A stretch of 64,000 nucleotides of DNA from Tubiluchus corallicola (Eukaryota; Animalia; Priapulida). The position numbers were made by a program, and so were the translations under genes. Positions 35,601-50,600 of this stretch are shown piece by piece (the stretch's first letter is position 1; every line of letters starts with the position of its first letter). The notes beneath the pieces are model-generated. The model searched no databases. It was not told the origin of the DNA and saw only the letters and a list, made by a program, of their open reading frames with translations. The stretch is taken from positions 1 to 64,000 of the forward strand of contig JAQGDQ010000513.1 in NCBI GenBank assembly GCA_030141605.1, read 5' to 3'.

Positions 35601-38600
35601 TAAGACTGGCAGCGGCGCTTTTTTGTCACATTCGCGAGGCCAACAAATACAAGGCGGTACCGTGATAACCATGATCATGAACTGCAGTGTAAGTAAGTTC
35701 GTAATACACCGCAATAAGGGAAGCTATTACTATCGATATCAAAAAATTTAAACCTTACGAACACTATTTAGAAACTTGTGTGTTTAGTCTTTCAAAATAA
35801 AACATAGTTGCATCATGCTTGGAAACTGAAATGAATGTCATTATTAGTAGGATGTACCTGTTGACACGAGCAACGTTACAGTTAACACGAAAACAACTTT
35901 CCGATAAAGAATTCTACAGGCAAGAAGCCCAGAGAAAAAACTGCATTTATAAGCAGCTATTTTTCACCTGCGAGTTTCCAAAAGGTAAAAAATTAAGAGG
36001 TAATAATTTGAGAGGCTGAGACAGCAGCCCAGCTAGATATGGCACCAGCAGTCTATACAAAATCATTCACATCAGTACGTTTGAAGAGAACATACCTTTA
36101 CCTGAGACAAGAGGCATCTCGGTTTTTTTCATTTAGCTATTTCTGGGCAAGGCAAGGGAATTACCAAATGAACATAAAGCAAATGAGCTAAAACATGAAA
36201 CATCCTTGAAATTACAATCACAAGAAATGGATGGTAGTTTCATCTTCTTTGTATAAATGATTATTAGTGTGATTGCAAACCAAAGCCGTCTGTAAGTCGG
36301 CATAGTTAAAACTACGTTATGATGCTTCAAAGCAGACTGCACCAAAAATTGGACCAAATGTCAATTTTTTTGTTTTTTTAAAAACAAATGTTAAATATAT
36401 TAGACTTCATATATCATCAGCAGCATTATGGAAATGGAAATGGAAGTGCTGGGAAATAGAAGAAGAGGACGACCCAAGCTGAGATGGTTCGAATGTATTA
36501 ACGGAGACCTTAGAGAGAAGAACATAAATGAAGAGATGGTCAACAACAGGAATGCATGGAGACGACTTATTCACAACGGCGACCCCGCATAGGGAAAAGC
36601 TGAGAAGAAGAAGATATCATCATCAGCATTAAATTATCAGGAATATGTTAAAAAACATTAAAAATCTAATTTTATAACCCCTCCCCCTGTACTCAGTTTT
36701 CTGTCTAGAAACTAGCACTGCAATTGTAAAACAACTTGTATTTTCAAACTCCGATAGTAGCTCACAGAAGCAGTCATTTTGCTTCGAATTTTTCTGTTAC
36801 CAAGCCCAGACCTTCGTGGGGAAGAGCCATTTAAACATAACGTCAGTGTGTTCTTGCAAAGTCCATTGCAATCACCCGTTTGTACGGCTGCTAAGTATTT
36901 TGCAGAAATGCAACAAAAATAATGGCTAACTTTAACAGTGAGTTTCTCAAGATTAAGTTTTTCACTGTGTAGCCTGCAGCTCAACTTCAATGTGGATTAT
37001 CTCAGCTTAGAAATACCATAGAACAATGAGCTTGGTATCAAAATGATCCTCATGAAATGCAGATTCAGGATTTGTGAATAACTAGAAAAGCTTAGTTGCC
37101 GACTTATGGACGATTTTGCTATGCAAGCACACATTTTACGTTTTCCTTTTCAAATGTCTACATCTTTATTTCACTTTGAATTTTTAAAATAACATTTGTA
37201 TTAAATTTAAATTACCAAATACATGTGTAACATTATTTTAAATTTTATTTACATTATAATAATTTTTGTACAAAATTTAAAATCAATATGGCAGCAGCAA
37301 ACTAGAAATAATTCCTATTCCAAACAACTACATTTAATTTCTAAAGTAGCGTTGAAATCAAAATGGTGTTGAAAAAGAAAAATCTTTCGGTCTAAACTAA
37401 TACTCACTTATTGAAATACTTGGAAAATAATTCAGCATTGATCGTAGCGCTCATTAAAATGATTCGAAGATCTGGATTCTTCTGTGCAATCTCACGAAGA
37501 AGAATCAGCAAGAAGTCGGTCATCAAATTTCTCTCGTGAACTTCATCAACTATCACATGGCTAACACCTGAAAGTGCAGTAAACTCACTACACGGTAAGC
37601 TCACAAAGACACGTGTTCATTATCAAACAGTGTCGCAGACGAACAGAGCAAAAGGCCATGAAGAAAGAAAAAAGTATGTGAAAATACTCAGTAAATAATA
37701 CATGCCAATTTCAAGACGCAAATGGCGGATTACATCATCAATCATCACCTAATCATACGTCCAGGGAGATGATTCTGCCAGGACTCCCTACTCTCTGCAA
37801 CGCTCCAAGTGCATTTATTTCTAAGGATCAGTGCTGAAGTGTTTAAATCTTTCTGTGCAAAATGTAAATATGTTAACATTTGTCCTCCTGCAGGTTTTTT
37901 AGCTGGTTCTATGGCTTGTTGAAGAGCTATCTTCACTGGAATATCATCAGGTAGTCTCAGCATATGCCCAATCCATCTTAAACGGCATCTTTTTATTTTT
38001 CTTGTCCAAGGTTCTTGTTTTATTTTTTTATATAGATCTTTGTTTGAAATTTTCTTTGGCCATCTAATACCCAAAATGTTTCTGTAATTTTGCCTTTGAA
38101 ATGCATCAGTTTCAGATTTGCTTTTAACGTCCAGAGCTCACAGTTGTACAGAAATACAGTTTCAACTAACGTTGAGAATATTCAAATTTTTTCCCACGAA
38201 ATCTTCCTATTCTCAAACTTTTGCGAGTTTTGAATAAGCTGATGATGCCATTATCTTGATATGTCGTCTACTGAGAAGTTACAACGTACACTTTACTAAA
38301 AAATTAAAGGACAAGAAAATTCTGTTCTTAAATAAGCTAAAAAAATCTCGAAATTTTGCATCAGTTACATGATGACTTACAGCATATAGGGCTTGTATTA
38401 GCAGCAACTCTGTATAAAACTTGTAAACTTAAACTCCTTCGATGACCGTTAGCCGCAGCCATTTTAATGGTAAATCATTTGAAACAAGTTTAGATAACAT
38501 TGTGTAAAGGTTAAAAAAATAATCACAGTATTCGTAGCAGGGATGAGAATGACAAATTGCAAAAAACTCTGAAACAGGCCAAAGGTTTCAAGGGAAGCCT

Positions 38601-41600
38601 CCTTGCAGCCAGCAACAAATTGCAATTTTGTGACCATAGAGAGCTCTAAGTGGACTTAAAATATCAGTTACCTTGTTTCATGCATAATTTAACATACCCA
38701 ACTATCAAGGATACATGATACCTAATTGTCTCAAAAATGCCTAAGTACTGACCGCTCCTATGCAAAAGTGTATAAAAACTGTCTGCAATTGACTCAAATA
38801 ACTCCGCACAATTGATTCTATATTTTTATACATGTATAGAGATATACACGTGGTTACACAGATGTACGTGATGTAAACAAAGCGACGGCCTGCCAACTAG
38901 CGGTCAGCTTGTGAAATAATGTACGGGGTCCGTAAAAATTTTCTCAGCGAATTTACACAATTTACAAAAATGGCACTACTGGTCTTCCAAAAACTCAGAA
39001 TTCCGCGTATCCACGGAAAATTCTCATCCCTGATTCGTAGTTTACTCTTGGCTAACTAAGCAAAAGTATAAATTACTTTATAATGTCAATACAAACAATA
39101 ATGTGCTTTTTGGTGAGCCAGCAGTGCACATTGGGATGGTGATCCAAAGACATCCAATGACTCTGCATGGAAAGTTTTTTGAGACTGACTTTAAAATTCC
39201 CATTTAAGCATAATTGTACCTGATTAGCAAATGAATCCATGACCAACTATAAAACTGCTTTTTAACAGTTTTATCTGACATATTGCCTCCAGCTGTTTCT
39301 TTCGTTCAGAAAGAATGTATGCACATCTGCCAAACGTGTCTAAAACACCACCGCCAACACAGTGTCTCATTCCAGAGTATTATCATTGATGACGTACTAG
39401 GTTCTGCTCCAGTCACAAGCATCCAACATCGAGAGTAGGTCTTTAAATACTGGATTTCAATATACAGTTGCCAAAATATGTTAAAAATACATAAGACAAT
39501 AAAAACAAATGTGAACATCTTTCTTCCTCTCACTGCAAAAGATTTTAACTGGACAAATATATTACTTGGTAAACAAATTGTACCTAGGTGAATAATAAAA
39601 AAACCCAAAAATTGTAAAAAAAAACAACTGTATTCAAATGTGTGTTAAAAACCATTAAATAGAATAACACTCACATTTCTAGACTGATAACAAAATGTTT
39701 ACTTAAACCCACCTGTTAAAGAAGCATTAGATTGAAGTTTCCTAAGCAATATTCCCGGTGTACAAAAGAGAATGGCACCACTTTCTGTTGGTCTTTCATA
39801 ATCTAACCTAACCTGGGTAAATAAAAAATAAATAAATTTCTCGCAGTTAAAAATGTTAAAAAAAGGTATGTACCTTTGTTATTAATAAATGGTGTAACTC
39901 AAAATCTTAACAAAATGTTTAATCTAGCTGAATCTGTTAAAATTATTAATATTAACTGTTAAGATAATTTCAGAAAAAATATTACTACATTCATATCTCG
40001 GTTTGCCGGATAAAAGCAGGGAGACGTCGGTCCAAATTTGCCGATTCTCCTTATTTTCCGATGCTAAGCTGATATAGTAGGCACCGTGTATTAGACTCAT
40101 GGTAAAGTAGAACCAATCGCCTAATTGTCTCAAAAACGCCTAGTGCGGGCCACTCATATGTTCTCATTTGTAAAAGTGTATAAAACTGTCGGTAATTGAC
40201 TCAAATAATTCCGTATAACTGACTCTAAACCACTTACACACGCTGATTAAACCTCTAAACACGCTGACATACAATCTACACACGTGTCGTTGCATGCTGC
40301 TTGGATGTAAACAAAGTGACAACCCGCCAACTAGCAGTCAGCTCACGAAATAATGGACCGTGTCCGTAGTATGCAGGAGTTTTTAATGGATCATTTTTTG
40401 TTCGAACTTCCCGATATTCGTAAAAGTGAGGTCTGGCAAACCGAGACATGAGCGCACTTACGGCTATCGCAAAAAACTGCACATTTCTGTTTTAACAATT
40501 ACTGGCAGAAAACGAGGCCAGTTCATCTTTTCTAACTCACCTGATAGCCTACAGTACTTCCTAACCACTCCCCGCGTTCATGGGCTAATCTCTGAGCCAC
40601 CGAAATGGTACTGATTCGTCGGGGCTGCGTGACAACAATGTTGCACTCTGCACCGCGCATGCTGGCTGTCCACTCTTCCAGAATGTACTGAGGCACTTGC
40701 GTGGTTTTCCCACAGCCGGTTTCCCCACACAGCACAATAACTTGATTGTTCTCAATGCTTTGTAAGATTTGTTTTCTACCAAAAGATAACAAATATCTCA
40801 GTCAATTAAATAATGTAAACTCTGCTTTAGGTACAACATGCTAGGATACAAGTTTTATGTACAAACTTGGTTCCTGTCAGTAATTAGATGGGTACTACAA
40901 AAAACTGCTTTAGCGGGTAGGAATGTTAAATGATAACAATTTGACGACACGATAACGATTCGATACCATACTTTTCCCAACAATACAATATCTTTTAGAC
41001 GATACGATAAAAACGATACGGAATTTAAACAATTTAATTTATGCAACAAGAGAAAGTATCATTAAAAAGTAAAATTATTAAGTGTTTCAGTGTACTCAGT
41101 GCGCTGTATGCTTAATCACATGGCTGCTAGGTATGAAACACAAGTTTGGTTTTTATAAAGATTCACAAACAAGTCAGCTGTGACAGACAAACATTTTACT
41201 ACGATAAAAATATGTACCGTATTTATTCGAGTATAACGCGCACACCTAATTTTTGATTAAAAGCATTGTAAGTGACAAACGTTGTTGAACACTTGCGGCC
41301 ATCATAAAAAACCATTTATTGACAATGTAAAGTAAACTATGGTAATTGTGCAGTGTGGGCGAGACACCGTCCAGACAAACCATCTAGACGTTGCACCGTC
41401 TGACAAAGTCTGCTAATGAGTCATTGCACAAATAATATACTGATACATCTAAGCGTGTCACCCCAGTCCTCGTTTATAACGCGCACCCAAACTTTGAGTT
41501 CTTTTTAGGTAGGAAAGTTTGCACGTTATACTCGAATAAATACGGTATCTATGCGAGCTACACATGACCAGGAAAGGGACACTAAAAATATGAAACAGTG

Positions 41601-44600
41601 TATTTGAGATCCTCCATCTGTATCAAAATGTATAAAGGGGTCTCTCTCTCTACTCTCTCTATACTTTATGAGTAACCCTCAGAGTGAACATAGCCTTCAT
41701 TGCTAGGCAAAAGCACAAGAAAATGGTTCGGCATCTGACAAGCTTATGATTTTAATTAATTCTTTTTATCAACTTCTTTACGTAATTACTGTAAATAAAC
41801 AGAAAAGAAAAGTGAAGCGATTTTATAAAGATAAGCGATAAGCAATGATACGTGCCTAAACCGATACGATAATCGATAAAAACAAATTTTTAGTAAAGCA
41901 CGATAATCAATAATTATCAATACCTATAGTTATTGTTAACATGCCTACTTACAGGGTTTGCTAGCATAGTCTCTTAGACCATACTCACGGAGGGTGAATA
42001 CATGCATATTTAAAGGTGACTAAGCCACTGCTGTTGGTTCAGCGTCTCATTTGAAAAGATTAATTTTGAATATTTACTGTTTCAACTTGTCATTTACATT
42101 CATTACGACCTACCGCTGAGCACTGTACCAAGCTTACAAAATGTAAAATTACAGAAAACTTTATCAAAGAATGGATGAAATCCTTCCTTTTCCCACAAAA
42201 AACATCAAGCTTAACTCAAAATTTCGTCTAACTCAAATAAAAAATTATGGTCCATTCAATCAAAATACATATAATTTACTTTGCCTATCGTCTTCAAAAT
42301 TCTGATGTCTTACAAGTCACGCCCCCCCCCCCCATGATTATTTTCTCTGAGATTGTTCGCTCAGTGGTGTTGTGCACGTGTTCTTTTGTAACATAAAAAA
42401 AAATCATGTTTCACTACATAATTTGTTATTCTTTATGTAATTGTCATCAAATCTCGTCATTTATGTATAGAGGGGCCGACTTTCCGCCTTCTATTTAGCT
42501 CACTGTCTCGTGGAGGGGTTTAGAGTCTAAATCAGTGGTTCTTAACCTTGTTGGAGGTACCGAACCCCACCAGTTTCATATGCGCATTCACTGAACCCCT
42601 TTTTAGTGAAAAATAAAATATGGCTTAGATCAGAAACGTCTGTGGTTTCGTCGAGTTGAAGGCTGAATTTTGCCGGGCTTGAAATCAGATCCGCGACTAC
42701 TTGAGCCAAGATGTCTTTACTCATGTCTTCTATTCTGTCACTGACGGTGTCATTTGAAAGGGGAATTTGGGATAATTTACCTTCCGTTCCGTGATACATG
42801 AGAATCCATGTTGTACATATTCGTCCGACCACTTTCTTCTTTTGCCCGACATAGTTAGTATGGATAAAATATTAAAGAAATGACACGACGTACTACAACG
42901 ACAGTCACACGTTGACTACTGAGCGTGCACTAAATTCCCCGCAGCACTGATTAGACTCTAAATGCTGGAAAATGGTCAACATCACCTAACTCAACTTTTT
43001 TTTCGGTTTGGTTGGATTTGGGCTATGCGGAGTTTACTGTGTTTAAAAATAAGATACTGTATAAAAATCTCCTAATTGGTTAAAGAAACACTCCTCCTCA
43101 TGTGTTCTGCTTCCATATGTAACTTACTTATTACAATACCTGCTCTAGGAGACAAACATGAATTAAGAAATTCATACACAAGTAAATGTATGAACAGCAG
43201 ACATTTTTAGATAGAAGCAAAAAAGAAAAAATAATCTGGGCAAATATCCAATAAAAACTTTCAAAACTGAATCTCTCAAATGATAATAGAATTCTAAACC
43301 TGAAATTTAAATTATCAGTTTTGCAGGTATTTTATATAAAAAAACGTTCCATGTCAAATAGTTATTTTATCTTGTAAAGCGTCTTGTAAGCATGTACATC
43401 TTGTTAGCATGTACATCTTGTAAGCATGTACATCTTGTAAGCATGTACATCTTGTGAGCATGTACATCTTGTAAGCATGCAAGATAATCAATCAGGCAGT
43501 CCACTACTGAAACATTACCTGTACTGTGCGATGGGTAAACGTTGCCGTGCTGATAATATCTCTTTCACAGCCGGGTCCATCGAATTCATTCGTGCATTCA
43601 AAAGTCTAAAAAGTTGTTGGCTTCTATCCGTGGAATCTTTTTGACTCAGCGGCTGATATAAGTCACCTGCGTACAGCATAAGAAAGGCAAAATTGATGTA
43701 ATGTTCTTTACCTGTTAACTAACTATAATATCGTTCCAATATAAATCATGCCCCCAACCTAACTCATGAGTCATGACTAGTGATGGGCAATTTTGAAATC
43801 TTGTGATTCGATATCACGATTAATCTTTTGCGGCAATTTTTTAGTGTTTTATCCATATTTTCTCAAACATTGTAGCACTGAAATGTAGCTTATAAACTTC
43901 TTCATGGCTTTTGTCACTGTCTGCCTTTTTCGTACTGGCAAACTATTTTTATAAACAGGTGCATTCATTAATTTCTCTATTACTATGTCAATTACACACG
44001 TAATGTGAAAGCGAATAAGAAGCCCCAGTTTGCAACACTGTGCTTTGCAATTATGCGCAATGTGTAAAGTGAGAAAAACGAAGAAAAATGCAAGATTTCA
44101 GTTTATTTGTGCTAAAACTCTGCCTTTTAGTCAGTGTGTAAGACCTATATTTTGCTCTTAGTTAACTGAATTACTGTTCAATCGCCTATTATATCGATTT
44201 ACACGTGGTTGTAATCTCGACTAATTCAATTAATCTATTAATTGCCCATCACTAGTCGTGACCAATCAAATTGAAAGTACTAGCACTGTTATGCTTCAAT
44301 AAACTAAAGACCAGCAAATTTGATCAGATAACAATGGACAATTACATCCATTGTTATGCAGTATGAAATAAAGCATCAGTGGGAACAGATATGCAATGAC
44401 CAATCCCGTAAATATTGCTAGAATCATCACCCTCAGCTTATCACTGACCCCATTTGCAGATGACCAACATGTAAATTTTACTTTTTCTGTTTTATATTAA
44501 ATTATCTTTTAAACAGATGTATCTCACATCAATTTTAGTCAAAATTTGTTCAACTAATGCCCCACAGACACTTGCAAGCATATTGTGTTCATTAAGAGAC

Positions 44601-47600
44601 TTGGTAGTATATTCTGGCATTTAACACACCTCAAAACTGTTATCTCTAGTTATCTGTTTCTGACTGTACACCACAAGTAGTTACTTACTCTAAATGTTTA
44701 TAAACTCAATAGGCAAGTATATGGTTATCTTTCAAGATCTTAGCTACATCTAGTGGCATGTTTATCAGTTTAATATTCATTTTGTTTTCTTAATTAGTAA
44801 TTTTACTTTTGCTTTTAATTTGGTTTTTAATCTTCGTGCTTTTGCAACCTTTATTTCACTGACACTGCACACCTTTATTTTCAGTTTCTTATTATTGTAT
44901 ATTTCTGTGCAGCTGATGAAGTCTGAGAGGACGAAAGTTCCTGAAAAAGTAAATAATTTTTGACATTTATGGGCATTTTAACTTCTCCTTTTAAGTAGAA
45001 CCTAAATCACCTTTCATCACATCTAGAATAGTGCTATCTGCATTTTCACCACATTCCAGCTTGTGCTCATTCAAATCAGCATCCGCATTGCAGAGTTTGT
45101 GATTATGTTGCACGTCAAAATCGTCTAACTCAGGAAGGTCATCTGTTTTGCAGAAGTCTGTATCGGTGAGACCATAAGCAGAAAATAACGATGAAACTTC
45201 CTGTAAAAAGAAAGATACATTTGCACATTAAAGTTGTAGATCAGGGGTGTGCAAATTGTCTGACTAGCCGGGCCACATTAAACCTTCCCGCAATTCCTGT
45301 GGGCCGCATGCAGTTTGGTCAAGCAGCCAAGTACAGTAGGACCTAATACGATTTTTTTTGCATCCGATTTGCGCACATCATTACTACTGCACTACTACAC
45401 TCAAGAAACTATTTTAGAAGTTATTAAAATTTATATTAAAAAAAATATATTTCGTCATGTACGACAGTGACATTAAGTGACAATGGTCTTGTAAGGGTTA
45501 ACGCCTTCCGATCTAGAGGAAAAAACTACCAGCACTATTTTTGCGATATTGGCGCAGACTTCAGCTGGAGCGCGTGGATCGCACTTTCATTACGTTGACA
45601 AACTTCTTCGCGGGCCGCACAAGATCTCTAGGCGGGCCGCAGTTTGCACACCCCTGCTGTAAAGCTTCATTGCACATCTTATCTAGCAACATTTTGTCAT
45701 TGTTACAGATGTGGTGTTGGCACAGCAAAGCAAAAATGCTTTCCAGTAAGATTTACACCATTAATAACCATAACTGATCAGTAAGTTAAAAAAAATACTA
45801 ATAAGGCATTAACACTTAATAAGAAAGATTGCCTAATTGTACTGCCTACTGATCTCAGGCTCATTACCAATCAGCCTATAGATCCACTGGCTCAAAGCCA
45901 ATCTTAAGTGATTTTGCATGAGAACATACCATACAGTACAGTACTGTAAAATACACCTGGCTTCCTTACAGTACTACTCCGCATAATCAGATGGCGGATA
46001 ACTCGTATCTATACACGCCTTAATAGTTTCATACTGCTCTAGGGTAATTATGTAAAAGTACTATCGCGAATTTTAAATTTATAACAAGTCTAATATAACT
46101 AATTATCTACACTAATTTACTTGCTAGAATCATCTGAAGATGAACAGTCAGAACTAATCACCTTCATTAAAAAAATATAAAACGCGAAGTTTTCCTGCTC
46201 TTCAGCATTTGTTGTTGCAAAAAACCATAAAAACAAACCGTATGTGTTTATAACAGTGACTTTTCTTTAACATCACGATTTCTTAACGTGCTAAGTCTCA
46301 TAATGGTTTTACTATTAACTTTATTTGTTGTACTAATGATTATTGTTTGCAATTACCGTATTTTCCCATGTATAAGAGACCCTTGTGTATAAGAGACCCC
46401 TTCAATTTTTAGGCAAAAATTCTGGAAAAAAGTTTTTTGGTAATGAATAACTTTATTCATCATAGAAATCATTAAATTCCTCATCACTCTCATCAAAAAT
46501 ATCAACTGGAGTCAGACCTTCAGCAATTCCAGCCAGTTCATCATCAGAGGAGTCACTCTGCTCAAAAATGGCATTGTCCTCTGTGCCGTCCATGGCATTG
46601 GAGATGCCACACTTCTTGAAAGATTTAATAATGACCTCTGGCTTTACACCATTCCATGCCTTGAGGACCCAGCTGCACAATTAGTGTCACAATTTATGCA
46701 TCTTATTGAAAAGACTTACTCCCATGTATAAGAGACCCCCTATTTTTAAAGTGAAAATTCTGAGCAAAAAAGGGTCTCTTATAGATGGGAAAATACGGTA
46801 TATAGTTTTATGTTTTATTGTGGCATAAATCTCGATTCTCGACAGAAATCGCTAGTGTCCTACTTGGGCTGCCCATGTACGACACTGCTTTTCCACAAAT
46901 TTAGCACATGCATTTTAGCGGAAGTGTCCTACTTCGGCTAGTGTGTTACTCGGCGCCCAACAATCAGAACAATCTAGAAACTACTACGCACATCGCGTAT
47001 AGAAAGTTCTAGAATCTACGAATGCTTCTACAAGGTAAAAAGATCGTTTGCAACTTATTGCTACTGTGTGTCGAGTGCAAATGGGTTTTCAGTTCAATGA
47101 TGGTGTATTCAGAATTTTAACTCAACTGTTGTAGACTGTGGCGGAATATTATTTTGTTGTTTAAAAAATCCTATAAATATGTTACTACTGATGTGAGTTA
47201 AATACTGCTTGGAAGTTGAACACTTATATAGGAAGTCACACTAACTGCTATAACTACCATTCTGCACTGAAAGTTTATCCTAAAAACACGCGCACATGAT
47301 CCGGAATCTAATGAAGATAGTATTTTCTTGTCATCCTAAATGTTTTTATACTTGCAGAGTATTGCATGCTGCCTTTACATAAAAAGATAAATTATATTAC
47401 AGCAATTAATAAGAAGTAGTTAATTAGTAATCAACACATTTACAATTGTTAGCTTTCATAACAATAGCCAGTTTGATACCTGATGTTTATGTACAATAGC
47501 GCAAATTGTAGAACGAGTTTCCGGAGACAAATCTATGAACTCCGGCATCCTACGTTGTAGCAACAGTTGTTTCAGTTCGAACTCGGTGTACAAAATAGGA

Positions 47601-50600
47601 TTATCGTCTTTATCCAGAACTCCTAATTCCTATGAAAAAGGTTAAAACATTCTTATAAATAAGATGCAAATAATGAGATGTTGCAAGTCTTACCAAGGAA
47701 GTAAGATGCATTCAGGGTTCCCACAGAATTTTAAAATAAATTCCCTGATGTTTACATGACTTTTTCCTGACAAAATATTGACCAAGATAAGCAGAAATTG
47801 CATTACCACTATACATATTCAAACACTTTTGTGTATGGACATTCATATATATACTTATATATAATGCGTCGACACAGTTGCAGTAGTGCTAACAAAATTA
47901 CACTAATCACATTAAATAAACTTTGTTAATCCCATCATTATTTTTGGAACAGAAATCAAAACTAGGAGCCTGCCATAGCAAAATTTTGTTCGAACATGAA
48001 TTGCAGAAAAATATTTTTGGAAAAATATCAGTTCACCTTGATTATTTTTGCAAACCTTTCCAATTTCCCTGACTTTCTGCCCCATTTTCATCACTTTCCA
48101 TGACTTTTTACCAAATTATCTTTTTCCCTGACTTTTCCATGACTTTCCTGGATAGCCTGTATTTTCACGGATTTTCCCTGACCGTGGGTACCCCGCGTAT
48201 TTGTTTCTACCGCACAATGTACATAATTATTAGGACAGCATGTACTAGGAACTGGAGATGTGTCTTACGGCCCTTTTGATAATCAAGGTTATCTTTGACA
48301 GCAATTTTTTGCCCGTTTTCATTTCTCAGTTTACAATGTTTGTACAATTTTTAGTCCATACTTTTAAGTTCTCTAGAGCAAATGCAGCTGCGGATTGTTC
48401 ACTTGCTATTTTGCGGCTCGCAGGAATGCCTGGAATCTCCAAGTCTGTTGGCCAAGCCATCTTGACAACAGCTAACCATTCTGGCTTATGATCAAGATTT
48501 GACAGGTTCACGGCACTGTGAAAAACAAATAAGCAAACAAACATGAGTAACGCTTGTCGCAGATGGCTCTAAATAAAACAGTAAACAGTAAACTCTAAAT
48601 AAAACAGTAAACAATGCTAACAATAAAAAAGCACTGACGATTTGTCATTAATAATCATAACTTCAAAATCATGTTCATTAATGGAGAAATGAGCGCCACA
48701 ATTGTGTGCTAGCAAACCAAAACCGTCCTTAAGTCGGCATAGTTAAAACTACGTTATGATGCTTCAAAGTAGAATGCACCAAAAATTTGGTCAAATGTCA
48801 ATTTTTCATATTTTGTAAAAACCAATGCTAAATATATAGGATTGTTATAATCTAGTATCAAATTATCAAGGAAGTTTCGAAAATACTAAAAATTATCTAT
48901 TTTTATAACCCTGTACCCACGTCTCTGTCTAGAAACTAGTACTGCACTTGTAAAAAACTTGTTTTTTTCAAACTCTGATAGCAGTTCATGAAAGCTGTCA
49001 TTTTTCTTTGGGTTTTTTCTGTTTCCAAGCCCAGATCTTTGTCAGGAAGAGCCATCTACTGGATTTAAATAAAGCTTTAACATGTTCTTGCAAAGTCCGT
49101 AGCAACCAACATTTCTGCGGTTGCTAAGTGTTTTGTAGAAATGCGATAAAAAACAATGGCTAACTTTAACAGTGATTTTCTCAAGATTATGTTTTTCACT
49201 GCATAGCCTGCACCTCAATTTCAACATGGATTATCTCAGTTTAGAAATAACATAGAGTGATGAACTTGGTATCAAAACGATACTCATGAAATGGAGATTC
49301 AAGATTTGTGAATAAGTAGAAAAGCTTAATTGCCGACTTATGGACAATTTTGCTAAACAAGTACACATATATTGTTGAATTATAAACTCAGTTTGTCCAA
49401 AAAAAGTGAAAAGTTGTGATTGAGCCTGGTTTTAAAACAGGGACCATTCATTTACAAAACAAATACCATGACCACTAAACTACGCAATCAATCCCTCGAG
49501 AAGGACCTATCACGATCACAGGACTCAACTGATCTAGTAGTCACGGCATTCAACTGTAATTGAAAAATCACTGGTTCAAATCTAGATACAGTGCTGACTT
49601 TTTCACATTTTTTATTTTGGTCAAATTTAGCAGGAATCATCAGTGGGTTTGAATCATCTCTATGATGCCAACTATTGCATCAACATTCGACATCGGAAAA
49701 TCAAAACAAAATTGAAAAACAGACTACTGCTCCAAAGTACATTCTAGTTTTTATGTATAGAACATTCTTTTCTCTTATAACAGCCAAGATCAAACACAAT
49801 CTTAAATGTCTACAGTTGGTATGCTGACAAACTTGCAATTTATTTTCCATCAACATCAAAATCGACTCAAACTGAAACTTCTCTGCTAAAACAGAAACAC
49901 AAACAAAAAAATACTTTCGCTTGTACTCCAGTTGGTAAAACGATACCTGTACTTCAACAGATGATCAAGTGGTTTATGGTTTAAAGAAACTCTCTGAAAG
50001 ATTTCTTGAAGCTGTGACTTTGCATCAGCATATTTTATGACTGGATCAGCATCTCTATTTTCTGTTCAACAAAAGAGAAGAGCATGAAAAGAATGGTTGA
50101 CATTTCAAACACGAGATGCTATAAACAATAGTGTGCACTTCATCTAAGATCTAATAACACTGATCTTGTGCTGTCATTTAAGGATGGCTTGACTAGTTGA
50201 CCTTCATGGTCTTTCGCCACCGTACTTCCATTGTGATAATTAAATACATTTACTTGTCTCAGTTATATCATGAATATGGAAATAAATGCAAGTTTTAAAT
50301 TGAATTGTCATTCCTAAAAACCATGATTCAGTGTCATCCAGGCAGCAATGCAATGTCAGACGTTAATACAATGTTACATAATTTTTTATATAAAAATGGG
50401 CCTTTAGCTGTTGGAATCGTTTAACAGCGAAAACAGGCTGGAATTAGATGAAAACATGTTCAAGTTGCATACTAAACAAGTAACAATGTACTAGAGGTCC
50501 CAACATCAGAAAAACCAGACACAAGAAAACCGCTTAATAAAATAAAGGTAGACCGTGTTTGGCAGACACTGTCTGCTTTTGACAGTGAGTCGGGAAACAA

